Under the pieces are notes generated by a model. The model did not search any database. It saw only the letters and a program-made list of their open reading frames with translations, and was not told where the DNA came from. Shown in pieces: positions 28,501 to 41,420 of a DNA stretch of 64,000 nt. This DNA is from Octopus vulgaris (taxonomy: Eukaryota), in assembly GCA_951406725.2 (NCBI GenBank), contig OX597815.1:40300001-40364000 (forward strand), read 5' to 3'. Position 1 is the stretch's first letter; the number at the start of each line of letters is the position of its first letter. A program made the translations under genes and the position numbers.

Positions 28501-30653
28501 CTGATAGCTCTGCAAGACAATGACTTGAAACGTCTACCAAGCTTCAGTCTGATTTGGCATGATTCCTAGGCTGAATGCACTTCCTACTGGATGTCACTTT
28601 GAATCCACAGGCCACAGAATTTCATCCATTCTGTTCTTGATCTCACCCTACTTCTCCCTTACAGTCCCATTATTCTCTTTATGTTGTGAATCCTTCTGAG
28701 TGGAGGAGACCTTCTGAGCGATTTTTTCTCCTCGTGTAGGCACCACTCAACAACTGCGCAGGTCCACCAATTATTGGTGTACCATGCAACACATTTGGTC
28801 AATCTGACTTTGTTTAGACAGTATTTTGCAGTAATGTTCTTCACTCTAATTCTTTCCCTGATTTGCTCATTTTGGGATCTCTCAAGGAGATTCCCAGCAT
28901 TGATCTTTCCATGGCTCTTTGTGTTATTATTAACTGATGTTCCCCACTCTTTGTCTTCTCTCATATTTCACTTGCATTGAGCACTACAGGCAGAATTGTG
29001 CTGTGGAACAGATTTGTACAAGTGGCTTTGTCAAGGTTCACTTTCTGCCCATGCTATGCTGAGTGGAATGCTCTCCAGCTTGATCTAATTCATCATCGTC
29101 GCTTAATGTTCGCTTTCCATGCTGGCATGGGTTGAACAATTTGACTGAGGGCTGGCAAGCCAGAAGGCTTCACCAGCCTTCAATTTGATCTGGCAAAGTT
29201 TCTACAGCTGGATGCACTTCCTAATGCCAATATTCACTCTGAGAGTGTAGTGGGTGCTTTTTACATACCTATTTCTTTACTACCCACAAGGGGCTAAACA
29301 CAGAGAGGACAAACAAGGGTAGACAAACGGATTAGTCGATTATATCAACCCCAGTGCGTAACTGGTACTTTAATTTATTGACCCCGAAAGGATAAAAAGC
29401 AAAGTCGGCCTCGGCGGAATTTGAACTCAGAACGTAACGGCAGACGAAATACTGCTAAGCATTTCGTCCGGTGTGCTAACGATTCTGCCAGCTCGCCACT
29501 TTTTACATACCACTAGCATGTGGGCCAGTCAGGCAGTACTGGCATCGACCATGCTTAATGGTGCTTTTTACATGCCACTGGCATGGGAGCCAGTCAGGTG
29601 GCACTGGCAATGACCATGCTTGAATGGTCCTTTTTACATGCCACCAGCATGAGTGCCAATGAGGTGGTACTGGCATTGGCCATGACAATGACTTCACTTG
29701 ACTCAACAGGTCTTCGCAAGTGCAGTTTACTGCCCAATGATTGAAGGGTACTCTTAAATGGGCTGGTTATGCTGCAGTCCCATGGTTGTAACTTGGCCAA
29801 GATACACATAACTTTCCACCTCTTTGATTTCATCACCTCCAACCACGACTTGACTGGATGTCATGTCTTCAGACCACGTGTACTTTGTTTTCGCACGATT
29901 GATTCTTGATATAGAAAACACTTAGTAGCACTCAAATGACTCGAACTTAGATTCCAGTAACTTCACGAGGGACCAATTATGCAGATTAAAGAGTAGCTGT
30001 AAGAGGAATCCAGGTGAGCAGATATGTAGGCAATTATGCAGATACATATTAATATATAATCATCTATATATTTATACATATATATTCGTCATCCGAAATT
30101 CTTCATTCTTGGCTTTCTTTCTGTTTGCATGTATTCATATATATTTTGTATATCAAACCCAGGCTGTTATATTTAATGTTTATTTGTATAATTGCCTCTG
30201 TGTGTGTGTGTGTGTACATATATATATCATCATCATCATCGTTTAACGTCCGTTTTCCGCGCTAGCACGGGTTGGATGGTTCAACCGGGGTCTGGGAAGC
30301 CAGGGGCTGCACCAGGCTCCAGTCTGATCTGGTAGTGTCTCTACAGCTGGATGCCCTTCCTAACGCCAACCACTCCGCGAGTGTAGTGGGTGCCAGGGGA
30401 GTCTTACTTTATATTATATATTATATTACTTTATATTATATATTATTAGTAATGCTCTGTTTGGCTGCCACTTTTCAATTTCTTCAGTTTTTATTCCAAT
30501 TGATTTCATATTTGGTGTATTGTTGTAGTTTTGTATGATAATCATTGACATGAAATTCGTTTTCACCATAAATCAATAAAATTTTAGCTAAACTTTGAAA
30601 TTTCCACAGGTACAGCCAAACAGAAAAGATCCGACTTCATCTTTCATTTAGGA

Positions 30654-31791
30654 TAGTGGTTCTCAACCAGGGTCCATATGACCCTTGGGAGTCCACGTAA
30701 GATCTTGTTAAAATTTATGCGCAATAAATTACTTATTCTTCTACAATACACAAGAGATTTTAACAATTTTTTAATACAATTCTTATCATCATCATCATTT
30801 AACATGCGTGTTCCATGCTAGCATGGGTGGGACAGTACCACAAGAGCCGGCCTTCTGCCTGCATCAGGCTTCTGTGACTGTTTTGGCAGGATTTTTACAG
30901 TTGGATGCCCTTCCTAACACCAATTGTAAAGATAGAATTTTTTAAGTGGAGGCACGACTGTGTAATAAGAAGCTTGCTACCCAACCTCATATGGTTCAAT
31001 CCTGGTTCAATCTCACAGTGTGACACTTTGCTTCCAAACCTCATATGGTTCAATCCAGGTTCAATCTTACAGAGTGATACCTTGGGCAAGTGTCTTCTAC
31101 TACAGTCTCAGGTCAACCAAAGCCTTGTAAGTGGATTTGGTAGATGGAAACAGAAACTGAAAGAAGCCCATCATGTGTGTGTGTGTGTGTGTGAGTGTCT
31201 TCGACCAATCACTGCTTCACAACTAGTATTGGTTTGTTTAAGTCCCTATAACTTAGCGGTTCAGCAAAAGAAAGGCCAATGGAATAAGTACCAGGCTTTA
31301 CAAAAAATAATACTGGGGTCAATATGTTCAACTAAAATTCCTCAAGGCAGTGCCCCAGCATTGCTTCAGTTTAATGACCGAAACAAGTAAAAGATAGAAG
31401 ATAGTGGGGCTCCGAAAGGAATCTCAGGGAGTAGTGTCCCTGCCTTCCTGAGCTAGTTTTCCACTACATTTCTTAAAAATCGTGGTAGAGGCCTTGGTCT
31501 CAGGATCACTCATGTCTAGAAACTGAGGCTGGGGATAAGCAAGGGCATGCTCCCTGCAGAAAATCCAGCTCCAAAAACGCCTCATAATAGCAAGGGAGAA
31601 TGGGTACCAGCCAGACCAAAGGTTGGGGTAGGCTGCACTTGCCTGCCTCAGGTAGAACTGGCCACCCCCGTTAATAGGGACAAAACCCAGATTTAAAACA
31701 CTGGATGATGATGATGAATGGCTACGGGAGTCCATCCAAGTGACATAGGAATCAAAGGGATCCACAGGTAAAAATTAGTTGAGAAATACTG
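30654..31791. mobile_element. hAT/Charlie-like MITE carrying nested SINE and RTE-tail insertions
   Basis: TIRs tagtggttctcaac / gttgagaaatactg; imperfect 8-bp TSD atttagga / gtttaggg. Confidence 0.6.
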
Positions 31792-32297
31792 GTTTAGGGC
31801 AAGAGTCCTCAACCATGAGGCTGCATAGAAATCTTAAAATTAATTTCTATTTTCTTGGTTAACACATTCTACAGGTTGTTTTTGCATTATATATGTAATA
31901 GTTGAATCATATATTATGCACTTTATTTTGTTTTCTTATGCACATGATCTCCTAGTCCATAGGAAAATTATCTTGCATGAAAAGCAGTCCATGGGCAAAA
32001 AGAGATTGTGGAACACTGCTCAAAAGAGTCTAACCATTGCTCGGTCGATTTTCACTGATGTCCCTTTTTGGGTCACAATTCTCATAGCAAAATTTCGGAC
32101 ATTTACTTGTATTTTGATATTTAACTTTTATAATTCTTTATTTCTATTTCATCATGTTGTGTAACCCCAACTCATTTAAGCACACACACACACGTCTCTA
32201 TATATAACAAGATTGAAGACAAACATAGCTATTAAATTTTCCTTATTCCTATTCGACAGGTCACTGACAGACAGACAGACAGACAGACATACATACA

Positions 32298-32333
<36 letters not shown>

Positions 32334-32339
32334 TATATA

Positions 32340-32982
32340 TACTACAAAATTAGAGAATGGAGAAACATACTTAAATCAATAAAACATCAACTATCCGATG
32401 ATACCCAATCAATACTTTAATACACCATTACATATGAGTAAAGGCATTATACAAAATGAGATATACAGTAATAGTAAAAAGATAAAGAGATATAAGTAAA
32501 AAATTTCAAATATAATATGCAATTAAATCAAAACTGACAGCTGTTTCGGCAGTGAGGGCAGTCATACCTCATTTAACCTATAAGCCATAAAGGCAGGTAT
32601 AAATGAGGCATTAACAAGGATGCCCCACGGCCTCTTCAGAGAATTAAATTAAATTTGTTATAATTGTGAAAAATATTATATAACCATATACATATAAATA
32701 TAAAAATATAAAAATGTAAAATATAAAAACTTATACATCATAATGCTACACTTATATAATATAATACTCATTGGTACAATAAAGGAAGGTAAACAGAACA
32801 AAATAAAACAAAATATATATCAGTGTATATATTAATATTAATAAGTACCGATATTATACATATTTGGCTAATAGTTTTTTTTAAAAAAACTAACACATAG
32901 GGAGATGAAAAATAATAATTAAAACCATGGTTCAGTTCATAAAATTCTAAAGCTATAAAAGTTAATAAAAATTACTATTAAT

Positions 32983-33034
<52 letters not shown>

Positions 33035-33108
33035 GATACAGTTAAGTTTGCACCAAGTCCATCCTTTCAAGATCGAAAGGATGGACTTGGTGCAAACTTA
33101 ACTGTATC

Positions 33109-33145
<37 letters not shown>

Positions 33146-33967
33146 ATTAATAGTAATTTTTATTAACTTTTATAGCTTTAGAATTTTATGAACTGAACCA
33201 TGGTTTTAATTATTATTTTTCATCTCCCTATGTGTTAGTTTTTTTAAAAAAAACTATTAGCCAAATATGTATAATATCGGTACTTATTAATATTAATATA
33301 TACACTGATATATATTTTGTTTTATTTTGTTCTGTTTACCTTCCTTTATTGTACCAATGAGTATTATATTATATTATATAAGTGTAGCATTATGATGTAT
33401 AAGTTTTTATATTTTACATTTTTATATTTTTATATTTATATGTATATGGTTATATAATATTTTTCACAATTATAACAAATTTAATTTAATTCTCTGAAGA
33501 GGCCGTGGGGCATCCTTGTTAATGCCTCATTTATACCTGCCTTTATGGCTTATAGGTTAAATGAGGTATGACTGCCCTCACTGCCGAAACAGCTGTCAGT
33601 TTTGATTTAATTGCATATTATATTTGAAATTTTTTACTTATATCTCTTTATCTTTTTACTATTACTGTATATCTCATTTTGTATAATGCCTTTACTCATA
33701 TGTAATGGTGTATTAAAGTATTGATTGGGTATCATCGGATAGTTGATGTTTTATTGATTTAAGTATGTTTCTCCATTCTCTAATTTTGTAGTATTAATTT
33801 ACGGTAATATTATTACCTTTACCCATATAATACAATAGATGAACTGATTGTTTGACAATTTTTAACATCTATGTATTAATCTTGTTGGGTACCTATCTGG
33901 CAGTATATTGGATATATATTATCCCATAGTGGGTTGAATTTTCAACCCCTATCTCATTTTATAACCA
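32340..33967 (+). mobile_element. Palindromic non-coding element (inverted pLTR-like) with 174-bp unpaired tail, in (TA)n
   Basis: Arms 32340-33068 and 33075-33793 are near-perfect reverse complements around a 6-nt loop; hammerhead motif in each arm. Confidence 0.85.
33490..33600 (+). ncRNA. Hammerhead-like motif with extended stem II (inverted copy about 32533-32643 on -)
   Basis: CTGAAGA-GGC...GCC-GAAA-CAGCTG-TC; about 85-nt stem II pairs (gtggggca/tgccctcac, tgcctcattta/taaatgaggta); stem I only 2 bp. Confidence 0.65.
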
Positions 33968-34108
33968 TATATATATATATATATACTACTAATATAGGAT
34001 GAAGTTTTTTTACAGAAAAAAATTCCATCAAAAAATGTGGCAGCATATTAAAATACCTTTACGGTTAAAATTATAAACAAACTTATAAATAAGGGCTAAA
34101 GAAAAGTT

Positions 34109-34141
<33 letters not shown>

Positions 34142-35995
34142 GTGTGTGTGTATGTATGTATATATATAAATAGATAGATAGATAGATATATTTATATATA
34201 CATATATTTATATATATACATATTGAAAAGGTTGCATGACGCAACGAAAATTTTAGGAAAATAAAAATAAATAAGTGGAAATTTTACCGGTGAGTGTGTT
34301 AAATTATAAGGTACAAAAATAAAATGACTCTCCCCAGACAACAGAATATGCTTCAACACATGAACTCATGTAAAGAATCTTGCAAACCAAATCCAAAGAC
34401 GATATACATATATATATAGGTATTGTTTCATTAGCGAATTGTTTCTCGGATGCCTTATAGGAATAGGCCTATACTAAGTTTATTGTAACCCTTCAGTGCA
34501 CAACCCAGTTTAACAATCTGGTAACAAGGTGGCCGTGTGAGAGGTATTAAGTCATAGACCAGGTGTTCACATTCTATCGGAATAGAGGTTAGTTATTTGC
34601 TGCCTTTGGTCAATGTTTTGATGTTTATTACTGTTTTAAAAGATTTTTTGGTTAATATTTACAAGTACACCAGCACAAAAAAGTCGACCTTTTTTTTTTT
34701 TTTGAAATTTTTTCAGCAGATTCCTATATTTTCAATGACGGAGATTCTGAATATGCCAAAAAACCATCTTTTCAAAATTAGCCGAACGAAACGACCACTT
34801 ATTTTTGAAGTCCAGAACTTATTCTATTGTTTTTGTTATGGGGATGTAAACACCGCAACATCAATCAAATAAAGAATTGGATTCGAAATTCCACCAGAAC
34901 ATGATGAAGGCTGGAAAGTACATCAGCCGAAACGTTGTGATAACAACAAACACGATAAGGACAACTATCTCTCCATTGTAAATAATGTACAGCAACAGCG
35001 GTAACAGGGTGTCAAGACACACACATAGATACATACATACATATACATGCCGACTTCGGAGTTAGGATGCACCAACAAGTCGGAATTTCTCCGTTTTGAC
35101 GGAGATTTTTCAGATTTCTTTTCACGGTGCCCTTGGAAATGATCTGAAGTGTATCTGTTTTACAAAAAACTTATCCATCCTTCTCTGGAGCGATTGTGGT
35201 CAATTTTGTGGGCACCATGCACTTAAAATACAGGCATAACTACAGATTTCTACCCCACCGACTTTGGATGATCATAACTTTCAGAAAAATGGATATTTCT
35301 TAATGAAAATTTCTACGAATATATGTTATATCATGTAGATTACTAATATACAAACTTGGGGAGAGGGCGGGGATACACATGAACGAAGTCCCATGAAGTT
35401 TTTATTCTTTCTGAATGAAGAACACAAACATATTATTGAATATATCGGGTTTGCTTTTATCAGAACCGTTTACCTTTAAAACGAAAAAGCAAAACCGATG
35501 TATACGACAGGTATGTAAAACATATTTCGGTGAGCCATTCGGCTTTCATTTTGTTACTAATGTGCTCGTATCTGAAATATTTTTAGATGGGTAAGTAGTG
35601 TCGCTATCTAAAGACATTTCTTAGCACCAATTCCACATTGTTGATGATCTGGTAATTTGTGAACTTTTCTTGACAGGCTGGCTTTGTATGAAATCAATTA
35701 TAAACTAATTTGATTATATACAAGGTGTCAAATAAATTCCCTTGTAGGAAATAAACACAAAAAGTTGGCGAGTCCTGAGAAATAGAGATTAGAAGGGCCC
35801 TACATGAAAAATGTTAGTCTCAAATTCACCACATGGCAATGAAATGTTCACCTTTGATTTTGTTTCCTATTTATTGTAAGGACAACTTTTATTAATATTA
35901 GTGAGCTTGTTAATGTTTACATTGAGAACACGGGTGAGGATTACTGACTAAAGTAAAAAGTAATCAAGATAACTAATCGACCTGAGATACACTAC

Positions 35996-36074
35996 CTTCA
36001 TGATCTAAAGGGAAGCTGCCTTTCTCCGGAGGACGTACGTTCAATTTTCCTGCATATGTCAAAGGAGTTGACAT
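35996..36074 (-). CDS. COX19: COX19 coding exon 1 (cytochrome c oxidase assembly factor, twin CX9C)
   Basis: accATG start; translates MSTPLTYAGKLNVRPPEKGSFPLDHE-G with the diagnostic PPxKGSFPLDHxG motif; 79 nt, phase-1 donor G|gtagtg. Confidence 0.96.
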
Positions 36075-37260
36075 GGTTCCAAACTTTAATAGAAGCTTAG
36101 CGTAGTGAAAAGTATTCCGAAAATACTACCGACTCGCAGTGTAAAGTGAGATGTGATTAGTCAGAAAGAATTACTCTCAGCCAATTAAATGTAACGACTT
36201 AGAATTGTTGGTTTGAGCAAAACCATGCCGTCTCGGTGTAGGAAAATATTTATTATGATATCCTGTCATTGATTGCAAAAGGTATTTATTTTTGTTATTC
36301 AATTATAGAAGAACCTAACATTGTGATACGGTATTCTTGAAATATACGATTGACTTTTATATATACATATATATTTGTGTTAAATGTTACTGGCTTTAGA
36401 GTCGTCACCCTAAATGCTTCACTATAGTTTCGGTTCTAGTTTCAAATACTGGTAGGACTTTCCCTTTTCATCTTTATCTTGGATTCCTGGAAATGGTTAC
36501 CGTAAATCCTCGAGTATAGTCCACCCTTGAGTATAATACGCAGGGGATTTTTAGGGGGCTGTACCTCTGAAAAACCTCAACCTTGTGGGAAAAACTATTT
36601 TACCAACTTTGTGTCTGAATAAACATTACCGGACAGCAAATAAAGACTCGGACATCGCTTAGAAAATATTTTTCATTTTTAACCACGCACTAGGGATTTT
36701 GACCGTTAAATTTTGGGAAAAAATGCGGATTATACTCGAGGATTTACGGTAAATATTGGACATTGAATTTGTGAATTACTGAAACCGTTCATTATCATTA
36801 TTTTAAATACATTAATACCTTTTCTTCTGCTTTCATTGAATATATTTTAAAAAGCCTCGTATTAATATCGCTTTCTTTTCTCATATTGTTACTATAATTT
36901 TGTTTGCCATTGAAGTCTGTTTTGTGAAGTAGATAGACAGGCATGGATGTGAAGTAGATAGAAGGGATTCGGTATAATGTTATATTCATGCCTTCCACGA
37001 AGAGAAATTGTATCTAGTCTATCCAAAACTTAACAATACATCGCGTCACCCACTACTCTCTAGGTGCTGAAACACATACCGTGGTATTTCTATACTTTTC
37101 AGGAAGCATGATAGTACTTTGTGTTTTATGATAAATATGGAAGCAGCCGATGAAGGCGAAAGTAAAGAATACGTACACCCGGTGTTAAGGGTTTAGGATT
37201 TTGTTATGCTGAAAACGGGCGGTGTACGTATTCTTTACCTCCGCCGCCAATGTATATACT
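36075..37260. promoter_or_regulatory. Putative bidirectional promoter region (COX19 / + strand orphan)
   Basis: Directly upstream of the COX19 ATG; visibly richer in CpG than the flanking introns; next gene is divergent. Confidence 0.5.
36498..36751. mobile_element. Tc2/pogo-like MITE; longer relative at 60627-61147
   Basis: TIR CCGTAAATCCTCGAGTATA / TATACTCGAGGATTTACGG with TA target duplication. Confidence 0.85.
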
Positions 37261-37537
37261 CTGTACTCTTTTACATGTTTCAGTCATATGACTTCGGCCA
37301 TGCTGGAGCACCGCCTTTATTCGAGCAAATCGACCCCAGGTCTTATTCTTTGTAAGCCTAGTACTTTTTCTATCGGTATCTTTTGCCGAACCGCTAAGTT
37401 ACGGGGACGTAAACACACCAGCATCGGTTGTCAAGCGATGTTGGGGGGGGGGGACAAACAGACACACACACACACATATATATATACACATATATATACA
37501 CACTTCATAGTTCAAAATTGCATAGAAGGTCTTGAAA

Positions 37538-37583
37538 CCACCTGATGAATGTCCATAAAAGTGACAAGAAACGATCGTAGTGG
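37538..37583 (+). ncRNA. Type I hammerhead ribozyme motif (minimal)
   Basis: CCAC-CTGATGA-a-TGTC-loop-GACA-a-GAAA-CGATCG-TA-GTGG: 4-bp stem I, 4-bp stem II, palindromic stem III, GUA site. Confidence 0.8.
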
Positions 37584-37676
37584 ATATCTTAATTATATTT
37601 AATTTATATAAAATTTTTTATGTATTGGATTAAGTCTTTCTTTATTTGATTTGCATAATAGTGGTTTTGTCTCTAA

Positions 37677-37725
<49 letters not shown>

Positions 37726-38019
37726 TACGACGGGCTTCTTTCAGTTTCCGTCTACCAAATCCACTCACAAGGCTTTGGTCGGCCCGAGGCTATAGTAGAA
37801 GACACTTTCCCAAGGTGTCACGGAGTGGGACTGATCCCGGAACCATGTGATTCGTAAACAAGCTACTTACCACAAAGCCAGTTTTTGTTTGTTTGTTTGT
37901 TTTTTTTAGCAAGTTTTGAAAAATTATTAGATATTAAGTTTTGCATTGAATAAACTCTCACTTTATGTGTGATCTGGCATTATTTTGTTTTGACTCGAAA
38001 AATCATAAAGCAGTACTCG

Positions 38020-38535
38020 GTTTTTGAAAATTCCAGGTGAGGCTGCACCATAGATGTATAAAGCCTCAGATAGATAGCCGGAGAGCAGCTCACAAAGGAC
38101 TTGGTGAGTGATGCCAAGACACGCTCAGCCTTCTTGGCAATTTTAGCAATGTGTTTTGTCCAACGCAAATTGCTGTCCACAATAATGCCCAGGTCACGTT
38201 CACACGAAGACTTTTTGAAATTAGTGTTGTGGAGGGAGTAAGTAGACGCTGGGTTTTTCCTCCCAAAATGCATGGTGGTACATTTGTCCACAGCCAGCTT
38301 GAGTTGCCAGTCCATGATCCACTGCTGCATTGTGTCCAGGTCTGCTTGCAATAAAGATCTATAGTGTACAGGATCTGTCCTCTTTATTTCCTGGTACAGC
38401 TTGATGTCATCTGCATATTTCAGCACTTTGGTATTCTTTAAGTTGGCATCTATGTCATTAACATGTGCAACAAATAAAAGGGGGCCAAGAACAAATCCCT
38501 GTGGTACACCAGATGTCATCTCATAGAATACAGAT
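38020..38535 (-). mobile_element. CR1-type LINE RT fragment
   Basis: SGVPQGFVLGPLLF, YADDIKL, ERDLGIIVD, PHLEF. Confidence 0.9.
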
Positions 38536-38539
38536 ACGC

Positions 38540-38752
38540 TTTATTCTTTTACTTGTTTCAGTCATTTGACTGTGGCCATGCTGGAGCACTGCTTTAGTCA
38601 AGCAAATTGACTCGAGGACTTATTCTTTGTAAGCCTAGTACTTATTCTATTGGTCTCTTTTGCCGAACCGCTAAGTTACGGGGACGTAAACACACCAGCA
38701 TTGGTTGTCAAGCTATGTTGGAGAGACAGACACACAAACATATACACACACA

Positions 38753-38802
<50 letters not shown>

Positions 38803-38975
38803 TACATATATACGATGGGCTTCTTTCAGTTTCCGTCTACCAAATCCACTCACAAGGCTTTGGTCGGCCCAAGGCTATAGTAGAAGACACTTGCCCAAGG
38901 TGCCACACAGTGGGACTGGACCCAGGACCATGTGGTTGGTAAGCAAGCTACTTACCACACAGCCACTCCTATGCC
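38540..38975 (-). mobile_element. tRNA-derived CORE-like SINE family B (other copies near 2341, 8280, 30948, 37255, 42425)
   Basis: tRNA-like head gtggctgtgtggtaag...gggtccagtccc, accttgggcaagt core, internal (TA/TG)n, gtaaaagaataa tail. Confidence 0.85.
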
Positions 38976-39534
38976 TAGATATAACAAAATGACGCAAACA
39001 ATGTTGCATTTTAAACTTGAAAAAATGCCTTGCATATTTGTTCCTACCTCCTTTATATGTATATGTAAAATCAGTAATTTTGTTATATCTACATTCCACA
39101 ACACATAAATGCATAAAAACAGAACAAGTACACACACACAGAGAGGAACAAGCACGCACGTATGTACAACCCATTAGTTTTCTCTTTCCTTTTCGATACA
39201 TCAACTGACACGGAAATTACTGAGTACTGTGTCGTGATTTTATGAGTCAAAACAAAAGAATGCCTTGCAAGCAAACTTGAGATTTACAAATATTAGATAT
39301 ATTCTTTTCTACTCTAGGCACAAGGCCTGAAACGTTGGGGGAGGGGGGGTCAGTCAATTAGATCTACCCCAGTACGCAACTGGTACTTAATTTATCAACC
39401 CCGAAAGGATGAAAGGCAAAGTTGACCTTGGCAGAAAAAATATTAGCTATATTGCTTCGTTAAATCTTGCACCGTTCTTTTCCACAAATTTTTGTTTCAT
39501 CATTATTTATTTTCTGCTTCGGTCAGTAGTTTAA

Positions 39535-39723
39535 ATGGAATCACACTGGACAGTTTGGAACACGGACTTTCATTCTGATAACTTTGTCAATGAACTCAAT
39601 CCTGCAGATCCACTTTATTCCATCGATGACCCTATTCCTACCAATTGTTCATTTGGACGAAAGAAACGCCGGGAAGAGATGACCATTCCCAAACTACCCA
39701 AATTCTTCATTATACCACATAAG
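39535..39723 (+). CDS. Orphan 189-aa protein, coding exon 1
   Basis: Pyrimidine tract + cag/tag just before ATG; MESHWTVWNTDF...KFFIIPHK (63 codons); strong AAG|gtaagt phase-0 donor. Confidence 0.75.
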
Positions 39724-40732
39724 GTAAGTTGTGCATTGACCTATGTAAACCAACAAAGTTAGCTTTAATTTATTCTCTCTGTACAGAAAAACCAGCTTTT
39801 GTTGTTTAATCCCCACCTTCCAGTCAGCCCTGATCAAGCACATGATAATTGTTCTAGCTATGGGCATCCTATCTTGTATATCAAGGACTACATTGTGTAA
39901 GATGTATTTCCTTTAAGACAGTAATGTGTGATTAGAGGGATATTGGCTACTATTTCTAGCAGGCCAAGTGACCACAAAGAGGTTTGTTCACTGGAGGAGA
40001 TATCAATGGTGTTGGGTGGTTGGTAGAATCAGGAGAGTGCAAACACAATACCTCCTGAATTTAATTCCCATGGAAATTAACTTCGCCTTTCTTGGCTGAT
40101 AAAATGAGAACTTCTTAGTACACCGAAAACTTTTAGAATAATCTTTTTCAAAATAACCAGTCCTGTATCTGACATAATCATCATCATTTAACATCCATTG
40201 TCCATGCCAGCATAAATTTGATGGCATTAGGAAGGGTAACCAGCTGTAAAAACCATGCCAAAAGAGACAATGGAGCTTGGTGCTGTCCTCTGGTTTGTCA
40301 AACTGTTCAACCCATGCCAGCCTGGAAAATGGACATTAAACAATGATGCTGCTGATGATGATGAAATAAGACAGAAAACTGGAGATACATGGTTACCTAA
40401 CCAGGGTAGGAAGAGCAAGAGAAGGAGGGAGAGTGATCAAGAATGAGGGCAGAAACGTGCTGCTGTAGAGGAGATACATGGTTACCCAGCCAGTGGGAAG
40501 AGCAGGGGAAAAGAGAGAGAGAATGCGAGACAGCAAGAGGGCAAGAGAGAGATGGCAGCAAGGTACCAGAGTATACTTGCAAGGAACAGGGATCAGAGCA
40601 TAGCTGGGATGGCAGAGTAAGGAGAGAGAGGTAAATAGTGGCAGGACATACCCACAAGGTATGGAGGTCATAATATATGTGGTCAGGTATTGCCAAGAAG
40701 CATGAGTAGGGAGTGGGCGTGGAGAATGCTGT

Positions 40733-40894
40733 TGTTACACATTCATATCTATGTGTATGCATGGGTGTACGTGTGTAGAATACATCCCCACTTTTGGCAC
40801 TATTTTATTAGTAAACAGTACGAACTGTGTCAAAAGTGGGGATGTATTCTACACACGTATGCCTACGCATACACATAGATATGAATGTGTAACA
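40733..40894. mobile_element. 162-bp foldback MITE with TGT...ACA ends
   Basis: About 67-bp arms; 5-bp direct repeat GCTGT on both sides. Confidence 0.75.
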
Positions 40895-41208
40895 GCTGTG
40901 ATTGATGAGGACCTGGGTATATAGAGGGTGGGGAAGCGACGATACAGTGAGCAGCGTAATGAGGACAGGATTGGGGAGTAGGAGATCATCATAGTGTATG
41001 AGGAGGAAATGTGAAGAAGGGAAAAGATACAGTTTGAGAAAGGAGATGCAGTTTGGTTTTGTTGCCTTTAATATCTCAAATGCAAGATCTCTTCCCTGAA
41101 GACAGAAGCTCATCTCTTCCTATGATGGAATCAATCTACAAACATTATTTTGGACTGCTGAGCCCCCAGAAACAGCTACTGGATTTGTAATACTTTTCTT
41201 CAACTACT

Positions 41209-41420
41209 TTAACCCTTTCGTTACCGTATTTATTTTGAGATGCTGTGTTTCATTCAATTAATTTTAAATATAACAAAGAATTTAATAAAAGAACTTAGTT
41301 ATCATTAAGCTAGTGTTAGGAACATAAATTGTGACTAAGGTTTGGTGAAAGATTTTAATTCAATACTTATGAAAACAAGACATTTGTACTACAGAGCCGG
41401 GTTGGTATCAAAAGGGTTAA
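41209..41420. mobile_element. piggyBac-like MITE (copies 3127-3336, 42123-42335, 46844-47257)
   Basis: TTAA-CCCTTT.G.TACC ... GGTA.CAAAAGGG-TTAA; the 46844 copy is split by a SINE with a 14-bp TSD aatatatgttccaa. Confidence 0.85.

Noticed and set aside
26250-29090. Short ORFs in COX19 intron 1
   Set aside because: Heavily decayed LINE remnants (e.g. an EGKRSRGR RT-tail motif), too degraded to classify
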